A stretch of 64,000 nucleotides of DNA from Planctomyces sp. (lineage in GTDB: Bacteria > Planctomycetota > Planctomycetia > Planctomycetales > Planctomycetaceae). Shown one piece after another: positions 30,967 through 40,823 of this stretch. The first letter of the stretch is position 1, and each line of letters opens with the position of its first letter. Where the stretch lies: positions 1,035-65,034 of the forward strand of contig PABD01000210.1 of the NCBI GenBank assembly GCA_002702685.1, read 5' to 3'. The position numbers were made by a program, and so were the translations under genes. The notes below the pieces were generated by a model. It saw only the letters and a list, made by a program, of their open reading frames with translations. It was not told the DNA's origin and did not search any database.

Positions 30967-31449
30967 CTAGCGATCAAAGCGGTGACTGACGAGCCGGATC
31001 GTCTCATGGACTGGAGCGGACGGAGCGAGGGCATGTTCGCTGGAAAACTGGAATTTTGCCTTTTCGCCAGTGTTTTTTTCGTATTCCAGCCGGGCCTCCT
31101 CGAGATGTTCGACGCAACCGGGACAGCCTTCGAGGTGGGTCTCGATCGCCTGGACGGTATCCGCCGTCAACTCCCCTTCTAACAGCGGTTGCAGCAGCTT
31201 TTCGACGTCCGAGCAGTAGAGCTGGCCGACCTGATGATCGTCGGGATCACGCAGGTCACGATCGGCGAACGTCAGCCACCCCGCCCCGGCCACCATTAAT
31301 AACAGGCCGAGCCCGATCGAGGCTTTCTTCGCGACCGCCACCCGGCGGCGCCGCTTCAAAAAGGCCGAAACCTTCCCGATCTCGCCTCCCTGGCAGCTCT
31401 GCCAGTCGATCCCCGGTTTCTCAAACTGAAATTCATCTCGATCGTTCAT
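30967..31449 (-). CDS. Membrane-anchored zf-HC2 (anti-sigma-like) domain protein
   Basis: Basic patch KRRRR, TM helix, then CSDVEKLL...HLEGCPGC (HxxxCxxC). Confidence 0.75.
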   Translation of the reverse strand: MNDRDEFQFEKPGIDWQSCQGGEIGKVSAFLKRRRRVAVAKKASIGLGLLLMVAGAGWLTFADRDLRDPDDHQVGQLYCSDVEKLLQPLLEGELTADTVQAIETHLEGCPGCVEHLEEARLEYEKNTGEKAKFQFSSEHALAPSAPVHETIRLVSHRFDR

Positions 31450-31755
31450 GACCCAACCTTGAACTGATCTTTCGTTCAATAGTTAACGTGAAGAGCGTGT
31501 GTAGGTGGAATGTGACCCATTCTGATGATTATCGACGGAAATCGAAAATGCTTCTGTGAGACATCTTACATTTAACTTAACAACTCGCCCCCGCTTCGCA
31601 ATCGGACGGAAGTTTAGATCCTGTCCATGATAAGTGTGGCGGCTATCGGACCTGAAAAACCCTTGAAAGTAGCAGGCTACGCCGCCAGAACACGCTACGG
31701 TTATCTGGAATTTGCGATAGATGGTATATAGCAGACAGAACGCGACGTTGAGCGC

Positions 31756-31793
31756 AAAAGAAAAACCCCGCCGGGTGCAGTGGCGGGGGTTTT
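31756..31793 (-). terminator. Orphan intrinsic terminator
   Basis: ccccgcc/ggcgggg stem; reads TTTTTCTTTT after the stem on the minus strand and TTTT on the plus strand. Confidence 0.65.
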
Positions 31794-32216
31794 CCGAGAG
31801 GTCCGTGATTTATGACTGACCTGTCCGCCCGCGGTGAACTGCGTTAAGGACAAGGTGAGTGTTTCATTCGGTTCCAGAGGAGCGATCGCTCCGTTCTGGA
31901 TAGTTCCCTTAATTGCGAGTCGCATGCCAATCGCTGAATCCGGGGCGGCTGTCGTGTTCCGATCAACCGCTGCGATTGAGTATTTTCCTACAATACAGGT
32001 GGTTCCGGGAAATTGAAATTATTCCGGCAGCCGTTTCGATGGAAATCATCGATGTTGCCGGAATACATCGCGCGGCTTACCCGGATTGACGCGGAGTGCG
32101 TCTAACTCCCGTTGATTTCGGGCTTAACATTGATTCTCGCGCGCTGTTGCGACACGATGTTTTCTGGCAACATGCTGTTGGCTCCTTTCTCTCGCTCTTC
32201 TGGAAAACGATCCGTC

Positions 32217-33479
32217 GTGAATGATGCGCCGCCCAAAAAAGGTCTCCTCGCGCGGTTTGGTCCCGGAATCCTCGTGGCCGCGACCGGGGTCGGTGCGGGC
32301 GATCTGGCCGCAGGGGCAATTGCCGGGCATAAGCTGGGGACGGTTGTGCTCTGGGCGGTCCTGCTGGGGGCGATCCTCAAGTTCGTGCTGACCGAAGGGC
32401 TGGCCCGCTGGCAACTCGCCAGTGGGGAGACACTCCTCGAAGGGACTCTCAAGCGTTTCGGCCCCATTGCGAAACCCGTCTTTCTGCTGTACCTCGTCGT
32501 CTGGAGTTTTTTCGTCGGGAGCGCCCTGCTCAATGCCAACGGGGTCGTGGCGGCCGCCATCTTTCCGATTCCCGGTTTGGAACCGACGACCTCGAAAGTT
32601 ATCTATGGCGTCCTTCACTCGCTCTTCGCCGTCGTGCTGGTATTACGCGGGGGCTTTCAGTTATTCGAAAAGCTGATGGCCGTCTGCATCGGCGTGATGT
32701 TCTTTGTGGTGATGCTGACGACGATTCTCGTCCACGATGACTGGCTCGGCCTCGTGCGCGGTATCGTAATCCCCACGATCCCGAGCGATCATCCCGAAGG
32801 TGTCGCCTGGACCCTGGCGCTGATCGGTGGCGTTGGTGGAACCGTAACCGTGCTCTGTTACGGTTACTGGATTCGCGAGTCGGGAGAACAATCCCTCGCC
32901 GACCTGAACGGCATGCGGATCGACCTGGGGATCGGTTACCTGATGACTGCGCTGTTCGGTATGGCGATGGTTGTCATCGGCAGCCATTTAGAAAGCTCCG
33001 CCGGTGGTACGGCACTGCTGCTTGGATTGAGCGAACAACTGGCCGACAACCCGCTGCTCGGCGACTGGGGAACCGCCATCAAATGGCTCTTCCTCATCGG
33101 GACCTGGGGAGCGGTGCTGAGCAGCCTGCTCGGGGTGTGGCAGTCGGTTCCCTATCTGTTTGCTGATTTCTGGAATCAGTCGTTCGCCCGCGACAAAGTG
33201 ACGCGTATCACGCCGGAACTCAAATCGTATCGGCTGTACCTCTATGCCCTCGCGACGTTCCCGATATTCGGCCTGTTCACGAAGTTCGAGCGGGCTCAGA
33301 AACTGTACGCCGTCCTCGGCGCTTTCTTCGTGCCGATGCTGGCGCTCGCGCTGCTGCTGTTGTTAGGGACAGGTCGCTACTTGCAAGGACCGGGGCATAA
33401 TCGACTGCTGACCAACATCGTCCTTGTGCTCTCTCTACTCTTCTTCCTCTGGATCACCGTCACCGAGTTCGTGGGCTGA
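32217..33479 (+). CDS. NRAMP/MntH-like (YcsG-type) membrane transporter
   Basis: GPGILVAATGVGAGDL, LKFVLTEGLARWQLASGETL, about 11 TM helices; GTG start inferred. Confidence 0.85.
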   Translation: MNDAPPKKGLLARFGPGILVAATGVGAGDLAAGAIAGHKLGTVVLWAVLLGAILKFVLTEGLARWQLASGETLLEGTLKRFGPIAKPVFLLYLVVWSFFVGSALLNANGVVAAAIFPIPGLEPTTSKVIYGVLHSLFAVVLVLRGGFQLFEKLMAVCIGVMFFVVMLTTILVHDDWLGLVRGIVIPTIPSDHPEGVAWTLALIGGVGGTVTVLCYGYWIRESGEQSLADLNGMRIDLGIGYLMTALFGMAMVVIGSHLESSAGGTALLLGLSEQLADNPLLGDWGTAIKWLFLIGTWGAVLSSLLGVWQSVPYLFADFWNQSFARDKVTRITPELKSYRLYLYALATFPIFGLFTKFERAQKLYAVLGAFFVPMLALALLLLLGTGRYLQGPGHNRLLTNIVLVLSLLFFLWITVTEFVG

Positions 33480-33798
33480 CCTGGAAAAGGCTTCGTCGGG
33501 AATCGGCTGAACCCGCCGATCCGTCTCGGTTTGATCACAGTTGTTATCGAAGTGATCGCAGGGGAATCCCCCACGCTGTTCGTATCCGTCGCTCGCGGAA
33601 AATTTATTTCGCCCCTGATTTCAGGCGTTTTTGCGCGGTTTTTACACTCGATCAGAAGGGGCCTGTCGCATTGGGTACCGAATTTTCATTTGTACCCATC
33701 GGCCAACGGGGCTTGATGATTAAAAGGGCTGCAAGATCGTGGCCGGACCCGGAGTCGTTTTTTCCCTGACCGGGTCCAGACGAAACATCTCACGAAGG

Positions 33799-34536
33799 AT
33801 GAATATCATGACTATCGCACGATTCACGTTGGGACTGGCTGCCTGCGTGCTTTTCGCCAGTGTGCAGTCCGCCTCAGCACAAGGTTTCAATTCCTCTTCC
33901 CGACGTTACCGCATCGATCAGCAGGATTCCATCGGCCGATACTCCCCGCGACAGCAGTGGAGCATTGGTCGCGGACGACAGCACTCGCCGTTCACACCGG
34001 TCTCTCCGATTGGAAACACGGGCACGTACATCGAGAAAGATGGCGGCTACTTCTATCAGCCGCAGTCGACCGTCATCGGTTCCGGTGCGGTGCCGACTCC
34101 CGAGTCCATCCAGTACGGCGGATTCTCACACGTGGATGATCTGGCACACCGACTTGAACAGCAGATGGAAGAACTGCTGCTCGACATGTACTACAACTAC
34201 GGCCACAACCACGGTTTTCGCGCGACCTACGCGGAGGCCTATCAGTTGTACGAAGTCGCCCGTTTCGTACACGCCCAGGAACACCAGCACAATCACGCCG
34301 ATATTCGTCAACACCTGAATGGCATGGACGCGCTCTTCCACCACATTGAAGAAGACGTCTGTGGCTGGTCACGACACCACCATATCCCTGTGGGAACTCT
34401 CGGGATCGAAGCCAAGCTGCACCGTATCGAATCGACGCTGCACCACCTGATGAATGACGTCGGCGTGGGACAGGTTCCACCTCCCGCCACGAGTTTGAGG
34501 CCACCCCGCCCCGGCTTCTTCCTGCAGATTCGCTGA
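33799..34536 (+). CDS. Secreted His-rich hypothetical protein
   Basis: Signal peptide (ASA-Q), 18 His residues mostly in a C-terminal helical region; followed by a terminator; start 33799 or 33808. Confidence 0.75.
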   Translation: MNIMTIARFTLGLAACVLFASVQSASAQGFNSSSRRYRIDQQDSIGRYSPRQQWSIGRGRQHSPFTPVSPIGNTGTYIEKDGGYFYQPQSTVIGSGAVPTPESIQYGGFSHVDDLAHRLEQQMEELLLDMYYNYGHNHGFRATYAEAYQLYEVARFVHAQEHQHNHADIRQHLNGMDALFHHIEEDVCGWSRHHHIPVGTLGIEAKLHRIESTLHHLMNDVGVGQVPPPATSLRPPRPGFFLQIR

Positions 34537-34566
34537 TTCAGAAAGTTAAATGAAGCAGGGAAAGGG

Positions 34567-34605
34567 AACAGCCGCGGAAGCAATTCCGCGGCTGTTTTTT
34601 GTTTT
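34567..34605 (+). terminator. Intrinsic terminator
   Basis: aacagccgcgg-aagcaatt-ccgcggctgtt followed by tttt-g-tttt. Confidence 0.85.
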
Positions 34606-34610
34606 AGAAC

Positions 34611-34774
34611 GGGTGGCCCAGACAATCTCGCCAGAGTTGTCTGGGTTGTGTAGCAACACAAAAGTGTTGGATGGTCTTTAGTGGAGAAGTCATTCGACTC
34701 TCACATCGATCAAGTTCGATGCCTTTGTGTGCCTGCGGCAGCCAGACAACACTTTGTGATTGTCTGGGCCCCCC
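34611..34774. repeat. Inverted REP-like doublet, type 2
   Basis: gggtggcccagacaatc...gttgtctggg (34611-34645) and inverted ccagacaac...gattgtctgggccccc (34742-34774). Confidence 0.7.
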
Positions 34775-34801
34775 ATCAAGAGAATGCTTGGGCCACGCCG
34801 C

Positions 34802-36175
34802 TTAGTTTCTCAAACTCTGGATGGGTGCTGGTATGTGTCCGCCGCGATTCACGAAGAGATCGCTGCAGGCATTGCCCGGAACGGGCATGATCACGGATTC
34901 CCCGAACAGGCCGCCGAAGGAAACGTGTTCGCCCGCTTTGCGACCGGGGATGGGAACGATGCGTGTGGCTGTCGTTTTGTTGTTGAAGACACCGATGGCA
35001 ATTTCGTCCGCCATCAAAGCGGCGAGTGTATCGGGGTCGATGTCACCGGGGACGGGGACCATGTCGAGGCCGACGGAGCAGACGGCCGTCATCGCTTCGA
35101 GTTTTTCCACGGTTAGGTAACCTTCCTTAGCCGCGGAGGCGAGGGAGGCATCTTCCATCACCGGGACGAACGCGCCCGATAACCCGCCGACGGCAGACGA
35201 GGCGAATACGCCCCCCTTTTTTACCGCATCGTTCAGCATGGCGAGCGCAGCGGTCGAGCCGGGCACACCGACATGCTTGAGACCGATCAATTGCAGGATC
35301 TCGCCGATGGAATCGCCGATCTTGGGAGTTGGCGCGAGAGAGAGGTCGACGATACCAAACTTGACTCCTAACCGCGCGGCGACTTCGCGTCCAATCAATT
35401 CACCCACGCGCGTCACGCGGAAGGCGGTTCCTTTAATCTCGGCGGCGATTTCATCGAGCGAGCAACCGGGGACAGCTTCGAGAAATCGTTCCAATCCACG
35501 CTTTACCACACCCGGTCCACTGACGCCGATATGAATGACGGTATCGGCTCCCGCGGAGCCATGAAACGCACCTGCCATGAAGGGATTGTCTTCCGGGGCA
35601 TTTGCGAAGACGACGAGTTTGGCGGCACCGAAACCCTGGCGATCCGCGGTAGCGTTCGCGATCTCAATAATTTTTCTGCCGAGCAAGCGGATCATATCCA
35701 TGTTGATTCCGGCTTTGGTCGTGCCGACATTAACCGACGCGCAAACGCGGTTGGTGGTCGACAATACTTCCGGGAGGGATTCGATCAGGTTGATTGCCCC
35801 CTGTGTCTGCCCCCCATGGACCAGCGCCGAGTATCCACCGATGAGATCGACGCCCACCGCGGCGGCGGCTTTGTCGAGTGTATGGGCGATCGCGACCAGT
35901 TCTTCTAGTTGGAAGCCATCGCCAATCCGCTGGATCGGCGTGACCGCCAGACGCTTGTTGACGATGGGAATACCGTAACGGGTCGAGACTGTCTCGCAGG
36001 TAGGCTGCAGTTGTTCGGCGGAGCGGGTGATGCGGTCGTAGATGTTACTGCATAACTGCTCGAGGTTACGGTCGATACAGTGGTACAGATTGATCCCCAT
36101 CGTCACCGTACGGACATCGAGGTTTTCCTGTTTCACCATCCGTAATGTTGACAGGATGTCTTCGGTACGGGGCAT
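34802..36175 (-). CDS. PFL-family protein UPF0210/DUF711
   Basis: LDVRTVTMGI, YGIPIVNKR, NAPEDNPFMAGAFHG, GVSGPGVV, VGGLSGAF, LEAMTAVCSVGLDM, IPAPIQSLRN. Confidence 0.92.
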   Translation of the reverse strand: MPRTEDILSTLRMVKQENLDVRTVTMGINLYHCIDRNLEQLCSNIYDRITRSAEQLQPTCETVSTRYGIPIVNKRLAVTPIQRIGDGFQLEELVAIAHTLDKAAAAVGVDLIGGYSALVHGGQTQGAINLIESLPEVLSTTNRVCASVNVGTTKAGINMDMIRLLGRKIIEIANATADRQGFGAAKLVVFANAPEDNPFMAGAFHGSAGADTVIHIGVSGPGVVKRGLERFLEAVPGCSLDEIAAEIKGTAFRVTRVGELIGREVAARLGVKFGIVDLSLAPTPKIGDSIGEILQLIGLKHVGVPGSTAALAMLNDAVKKGGVFASSAVGGLSGAFVPVMEDASLASAAKEGYLTVEKLEAMTAVCSVGLDMVPVPGDIDPDTLAALMADEIAIGVFNNKTTATRIVPIPGRKAGEHVSFGGLFGESVIMPVPGNACSDLFVNRGGHIPAPIQSLRN

Positions 36176-36300
36176 TCAGCTTTCTTTCAATTCAATCAGG
36201 GTAGGTCGTTCAACAGAGAAAGAATGTTAAAGGATCGACCCGCGCGAAGGGAAGCTGGTTCACCCCGGCGGGTCGAGATTGAAGCAATGATGTTACAGGC

Positions 36301-36903
36301 TCATTCCGCGTAAATCGCGTGCACCGACTTCACTGGCAGCAGGCGGATCGGACGGGGGTCATTCGTCGCGGCGAAGATGTTTTCGTGCTGCAGGGTGACG
36401 ATCAGGCCTTCGCGATTGCAGAGCGATTCGAGATCGTTCTTCAGCTGCAGCACATCAATGCCATAGGGGACGCTCAATTCCATCACCATCACGAACGAAA
36501 GATCGGGTTGGCGGCGGGCGTACAGGTCGGAGATATCGATCCCCTCTTGCGAGATCCGGGCCGAAATCTGCCGAATCAGGCCGGGCTCGTCATTGCCGGT
36601 CACCGTCAGGAAGAACCGCTCCACTTCGTCGGCGGGCATTTCCTGCAGCTGTTCCTGTTCCGGATCCTTCAGGTCGACTTCCACGCCATAAGGTCGGCAG
36701 AAGTCCTTCAGATGGGCGACAATCACCTCCGGCGTGCGGTGTTCCGGGAATTCCGCGTCGAGAATGATCGTGAAAAAGCGGTTAAGGACCGTCTGACTCA
36801 CTTCCATCAGGTTGGCTCCCAGTTCGGCGAGAGCGGTCGTCACCGCCGAGAGAATTCCAACCCTGTTGGCCGCCATGAGTGTAATGATGTAGCGCTTGGT
36901 CAT
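36301..36903 (-). CDS. Double ACT-domain protein (GcvR/UPF0237-like)
   Basis: ANRVGILSAVT and GNDEPGLIRQIS ACT motifs, QHENIF; usual partner of UPF0210. Confidence 0.85.
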   Translation of the reverse strand: MTKRYIITLMAANRVGILSAVTTALAELGANLMEVSQTVLNRFFTIILDAEFPEHRTPEVIVAHLKDFCRPYGVEVDLKDPEQEQLQEMPADEVERFFLTVTGNDEPGLIRQISARISQEGIDISDLYARRQPDLSFVMVMELSVPYGIDVLQLKNDLESLCNREGLIVTLQHENIFAATNDPRPIRLLPVKSVHAIYAE

Positions 36904-37543
36904 AATGCATTCCCTAAAAAAGTTACGCGTTTCGCAGGTCAATCTTCCGGCGAACGTGGATCGCGGAAGCAAAAGCGATCGGGGTAACAGTTCCCAAAGC
37001 TATCAGTGAAGGGGCAATGATCGACCTGAAATCGAACACCGAACCCCATAGTCCTCGTCGTAATGGCAGGGATGAACGTCGCGGCGAAAACGGTACATCG
37101 GCGCTGGTGCCGTCGTCGGCTGTTTGCGACGTCGATTCTGGATTCAGCCTGTGGACTACAGGCCAGACGCGGTTTGATTAAAAGTGTTCGCTTCCTGAAA
37201 TGAAGTGTCGCAGATGGAAATCAGTCAGCAAGTCGAGCAAATCCTGATTGGCATTCAGGATTCCAACCCGGTCGGGGAATAAAGGGAGATGATGAATGTG
37301 ATCCCCGGATGGAAGAAATGCGTAAAGGAACAGTGTACACTGGCGGAGACGGGGTTTGCCACTCCAGTCCGGGAGGAACTTTCCCTCTTCGGAATGTCGA
37401 AAAAATCGGCTGGAATTCCATCCGGTACCGTGTTTTGTCGGTCCAGACGCCATTCCAGAACCTCCGGCATCAGCGCTGGAATCTCAAATCGTGTAAATAT
37501 CTGTACATTCCATTTCAGGCAGAATTAACTCTGACGAGCCGAA

Positions 37544-38989
37544 ATGAAAATCAAGCCCCTTATTCCCCGCCTCGTTTCTCTCGGGGTCATTCTTACGCTC
37601 ATCATTTTCCTGGGAATCACCTTCTACAAGGTGATCACCCCGTTCCTGATGCCGCTCTTCCTGGCGGCCATCACGGCGGTGCTCTGCCATCCGCTCTACG
37701 AGCGATGCCTGAAGTGGTCGAAGGGGAAGCCCAATACAGCCTCCCTAATGTCGACCGCAATCATCCTCGCCTGCGTGACGATTCCGCTGGTTGTCGGCAT
37801 CTCTGCGGCGGCCTATCAGATGAAAGGACTCGACCTCGAACGGGTCGCCCAGAAAATTGTCGAAACCCGGGAACGCCTCAATATCGATGAATGGCTCGCG
37901 AGTGTCGGTTTCGATGAGCTTCTGCTCGAAGAAACGGCTTCTGTAGAGGAAGAACTCGGGGAACCGGCGGTAGACGTGGAAATGGAACTCGCGCCCCTCA
38001 CAGAGCCTGACCCCGTCGAAGTCGATGTTGCCGAAGAGCAGTTCCCTGCTGAAGGCGATACTGAACAAATCATCGCAATCGAGGACGAGGTCGTCGACGA
38101 AGACGAACCTGATCCGCTCAAACTGGAGGCGGTCAAAAAAGAAGTCGATGAAGTCGGAGCGAAGTTGAAGAGCGACCTCGGCAATTTCTTCAAGAAACTC
38201 GGAGAGATTACACTCGGCAGTTCACTGGGAACATTTACCGGAGTGAGCAGCGCCGTCGGATCGATTGGCGCCGCGGTTGGCTCCGCGCTCATCGCGCTGT
38301 TGATTTACATCCTCGCACTGTACTACTTCTTCGTCGATGGACCTGTTCTGATCACGTCCACCCAGAAGCTGATCCCGGTTCATGTCTACTACCAGAACGA
38401 ATTGCTGAAGCAGTTTGAGTCCGTCGTCCGGGCGATTATTCTGGCGACACTTGTTGCGGCGATCGCTCAGGGACTCGCCACCGCTGGCATCATGTACCTC
38501 TGCGGTTCCGGCCATTTCTTTCTGTTCTTCGGCATTGCGACGATGTTTTCGATGATTCCGCTCCTCGGAACCTGGCTCGTCTGGGGGCCGTACGCAATTT
38601 ACCTGTTCGTGCAGGGGGAGTATGTCCCCGCAATCATTCTGACGCTCTTCGGCAGTATCATTATCGGCATGATGGACAATGTCATCCGCACTTTGATTCT
38701 CAATGACGGCGCGAAACTGCATCCGCTGCTCGCCTTTGTCAGCGTGCTCGGGGGCATTCAGGTGCTCGGTCTCTGGGGCGTCTTCATCGGGCCGATTGTC
38801 GCTTCCTGCCTGTACGCCCTGGTCAAGATTTTCAACCTCGAGTTACAGTCCCTTTCCGCGGAACAATTCGGTCCCAAGCAGGTGGCGCAATCGACGGGAG
38901 CGGTCCTGCAAACGGACGCCACGCCTGACACGGTAAAACCGGATGTCGTTCTCGATGAGCCGACCGGGGATAAAGAAAACAGCAAATAG
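37544..38989 (+). CDS. AI-2E (PerM) family transporter
   Basis: PFLMPLFLA, YYFFVDG, IPLLGT, DNVIR, LHPLLAFVSVLGG...GVFIGP. Confidence 0.92.
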   Translation: MKIKPLIPRLVSLGVILTLIIFLGITFYKVITPFLMPLFLAAITAVLCHPLYERCLKWSKGKPNTASLMSTAIILACVTIPLVVGISAAAYQMKGLDLERVAQKIVETRERLNIDEWLASVGFDELLLEETASVEEELGEPAVDVEMELAPLTEPDPVEVDVAEEQFPAEGDTEQIIAIEDEVVDEDEPDPLKLEAVKKEVDEVGAKLKSDLGNFFKKLGEITLGSSLGTFTGVSSAVGSIGAAVGSALIALLIYILALYYFFVDGPVLITSTQKLIPVHVYYQNELLKQFESVVRAIILATLVAAIAQGLATAGIMYLCGSGHFFLFFGIATMFSMIPLLGTWLVWGPYAIYLFVQGEYVPAIILTLFGSIIIGMMDNVIRTLILNDGAKLHPLLAFVSVLGGIQVLGLWGVFIGPIVASCLYALVKIFNLELQSLSAEQFGPKQVAQSTGAVLQTDATPDTVKPDVVLDEPTGDKENSK

Positions 38990-39015
38990 ATAAGCATCCC
39001 GGCCGATACTTCAAC

Positions 39016-39726
39016 TCACCACAAGCGCGCCGCGGCGGCGAAGGTGATGGCGGCGGTTTCCGTACGCAACAGATTCGTGCCCAGCGATACCTGCTCAGCC
39101 CCCGCCCGTAACGCAATCGCGACTTCTTCCTCGGTGAACCCCCCTTCCGGCCCTACCGCCAGCAGAAGATGCCGGGTCGGTTCGATTTCCCGAAAGGCGT
39201 CTCGAAGGTGATCACCGTTCGGGTGAGCGATCAGTATCGTGTGCGAGTTCCGATACTGATCCACACATTGTTGCCAGGAGATCGGCGGTTCGAACTTCAT
39301 GAATTGGTTTCGTCCGCACTGCTTGCAGGCGGCAACCATCGTTTGCTGCAATTTGTCGAGCTTGCCGGAACCGGGGGAGACAACCGTTCGTTCGGTTTCC
39401 ACTGGAATCAATGTGTCCATTCCCAGCTCGGTTGCCTTCTCCACCAGCCAGCGAAAACGGTCCCCTTTCGGCGGAGCGACCGCCAGGATGATTTCATGCC
39501 CTCCGTGAGATGCGGTCGAAATCTGCTCCACCAGACTCAACTCGGCGCTTCGGCGACTGGTGCCCGTGATCACCGCAGTCCAGGAATTTCCCATTCCATC
39601 AAATAAGGTGACCTGCTCTCCGGGCTTGAGACGCATCACATGTAGCAGGTGGTGCGCCTCGCTGTCTTCGAGGGTGGCGGTCTGGGCGGTGTGGTCGATC
39701 GAAGTCGTAAAAAACCGGGAGGACAT
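39016..39726 (-). CDS. rsmE: 16S rRNA m3U1498 methyltransferase
   Basis: HHLLHVMRL, KATELG, ACKQCGR, VGPEGGF, LGTNLLRTETA. Confidence 0.95.
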   Translation of the reverse strand: MSSRFFTTSIDHTAQTATLEDSEAHHLLHVMRLKPGEQVTLFDGMGNSWTAVITGTSRRSAELSLVEQISTASHGGHEIILAVAPPKGDRFRWLVEKATELGMDTLIPVETERTVVSPGSGKLDKLQQTMVAACKQCGRNQFMKFEPPISWQQCVDQYRNSHTILIAHPNGDHLRDAFREIEPTRHLLLAVGPEGGFTEEEVAIALRAGAEQVSLGTNLLRTETAAITFAAAARLW

Positions 39727-39740
39727 ACATTCCTTTCTCT

Positions 39741-40754
39741 TCAAGCAATAACCTGCGGTCGGCCCGTTCGGCCTGATTCCAGTATCGCCCGCGTCATACT
39801 GAGAACAGGCAGAGCGCATTCCGGCGGGGCGATATTTTCCTTGCCATGCAGCAACTGGTCCAGGAATTCATCGACCGGTGTGGAATCAAGTTCGAGGTCG
39901 GTCAGCAACCGCTTTTGATTTTCAACGGCCAGGAACAGATCTCCATCCTGCACGATGACATCTCCCCGTTCGCAGTGGACGGCGATCATTTCACCGAGGT
40001 ACTGACCGTTTCCGATGAAATCGATCGAAACGCGGACATCTCCCGTCAGCCGTGCGAGTACCTGGGCGGTGATCTCGACCTGACTGCCGCAAAAATCGGT
40101 CCACGCGAAGACTTCCTCGGGGGCGAGGCCCGTCACGTAAAATAAACAGTCAATCTTGTGACTGCCCGCGTCCCCCACGAAACCGCCGAAATTGGCTTTA
40201 GGATCATCGCGCCAGGTACCGCGGATCGTCGATTGCCAGTCCTCAATGATGTGCCCCGAGATGGACCGGACCTTCCCCCATTTTCCGGATAAGACTTCCC
40301 GCCGCAAGGTCCTGTATTCACGGCTGGATCGTCGCTGATAGGCGACACTCAATGGAGCCTTTTTTCCCGCCGACAGCACGATTAACTCCTTGATTTGGTC
40401 CGGGTCATGCGCGAGCGGCTTTTCGCAGAGGACCGCGAGTCCGTTTTCGAGACAGAGGCGGCTCTGTTCGTAATGGAGGCCGGTTGGAGAACTGATGATG
40501 CAGGCGTCCACGGACTGATGTTGAACAATTTCCGAGAGGTCGTTGATGATGGTCGCGGAAAGCTGGAATTGCTGTCGCAACCGCTCGGCATTGTCCCTGG
40601 CCGGATCATATAATAGAGTGACTTCGGCATCGGACCGGTGCCGCAGCCGTTCGGCGTGATGAAATCCCATTCGCCCACAACCGATCAGGCCCATGCGGAT
40701 AGGCGCCGCGAACGCGGCTCTTGAATCATCATCAGGATGCAGCTCACGTGACAT
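39741..40754 (-). CDS. Gfo/Idh/MocA family oxidoreductase
   Basis: GLIGCGRMG, SPTGLH, VLCEKP, GGFVGDAGSH. Confidence 0.92.
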   Translation of the reverse strand: MSRELHPDDDSRAAFAAPIRMGLIGCGRMGFHHAERLRHRSDAEVTLLYDPARDNAERLRQQFQLSATIINDLSEIVQHQSVDACIISSPTGLHYEQSRLCLENGLAVLCEKPLAHDPDQIKELIVLSAGKKAPLSVAYQRRSSREYRTLRREVLSGKWGKVRSISGHIIEDWQSTIRGTWRDDPKANFGGFVGDAGSHKIDCLFYVTGLAPEEVFAWTDFCGSQVEITAQVLARLTGDVRVSIDFIGNGQYLGEMIAVHCERGDVIVQDGDLFLAVENQKRLLTDLELDSTPVDEFLDQLLHGKENIAPPECALPVLSMTRAILESGRTGRPQVIA

Positions 40755-40823
40755 GCTGTGCTCGATGTAGGGGAACCACTGTCGAAATTCTGAAAACTAT
40801 CTCTCTGGAGACTGGCCACACCC

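Noticed and set aside
31701-31925. 74-aa ORF whose start (IKGTIQNGAIAPLEP) faintly resembles DUF104-type antitoxins
   Set aside because: Runs through a strong terminator, has no toxin partner, and the similarity is too short
37250-37400. Possible cobalamin riboswitch fragments (AAAGGGA, GCCACT, GGGAGG)
   Set aside because: Core elements and B12-box spacing are missing; downstream gene unrelated
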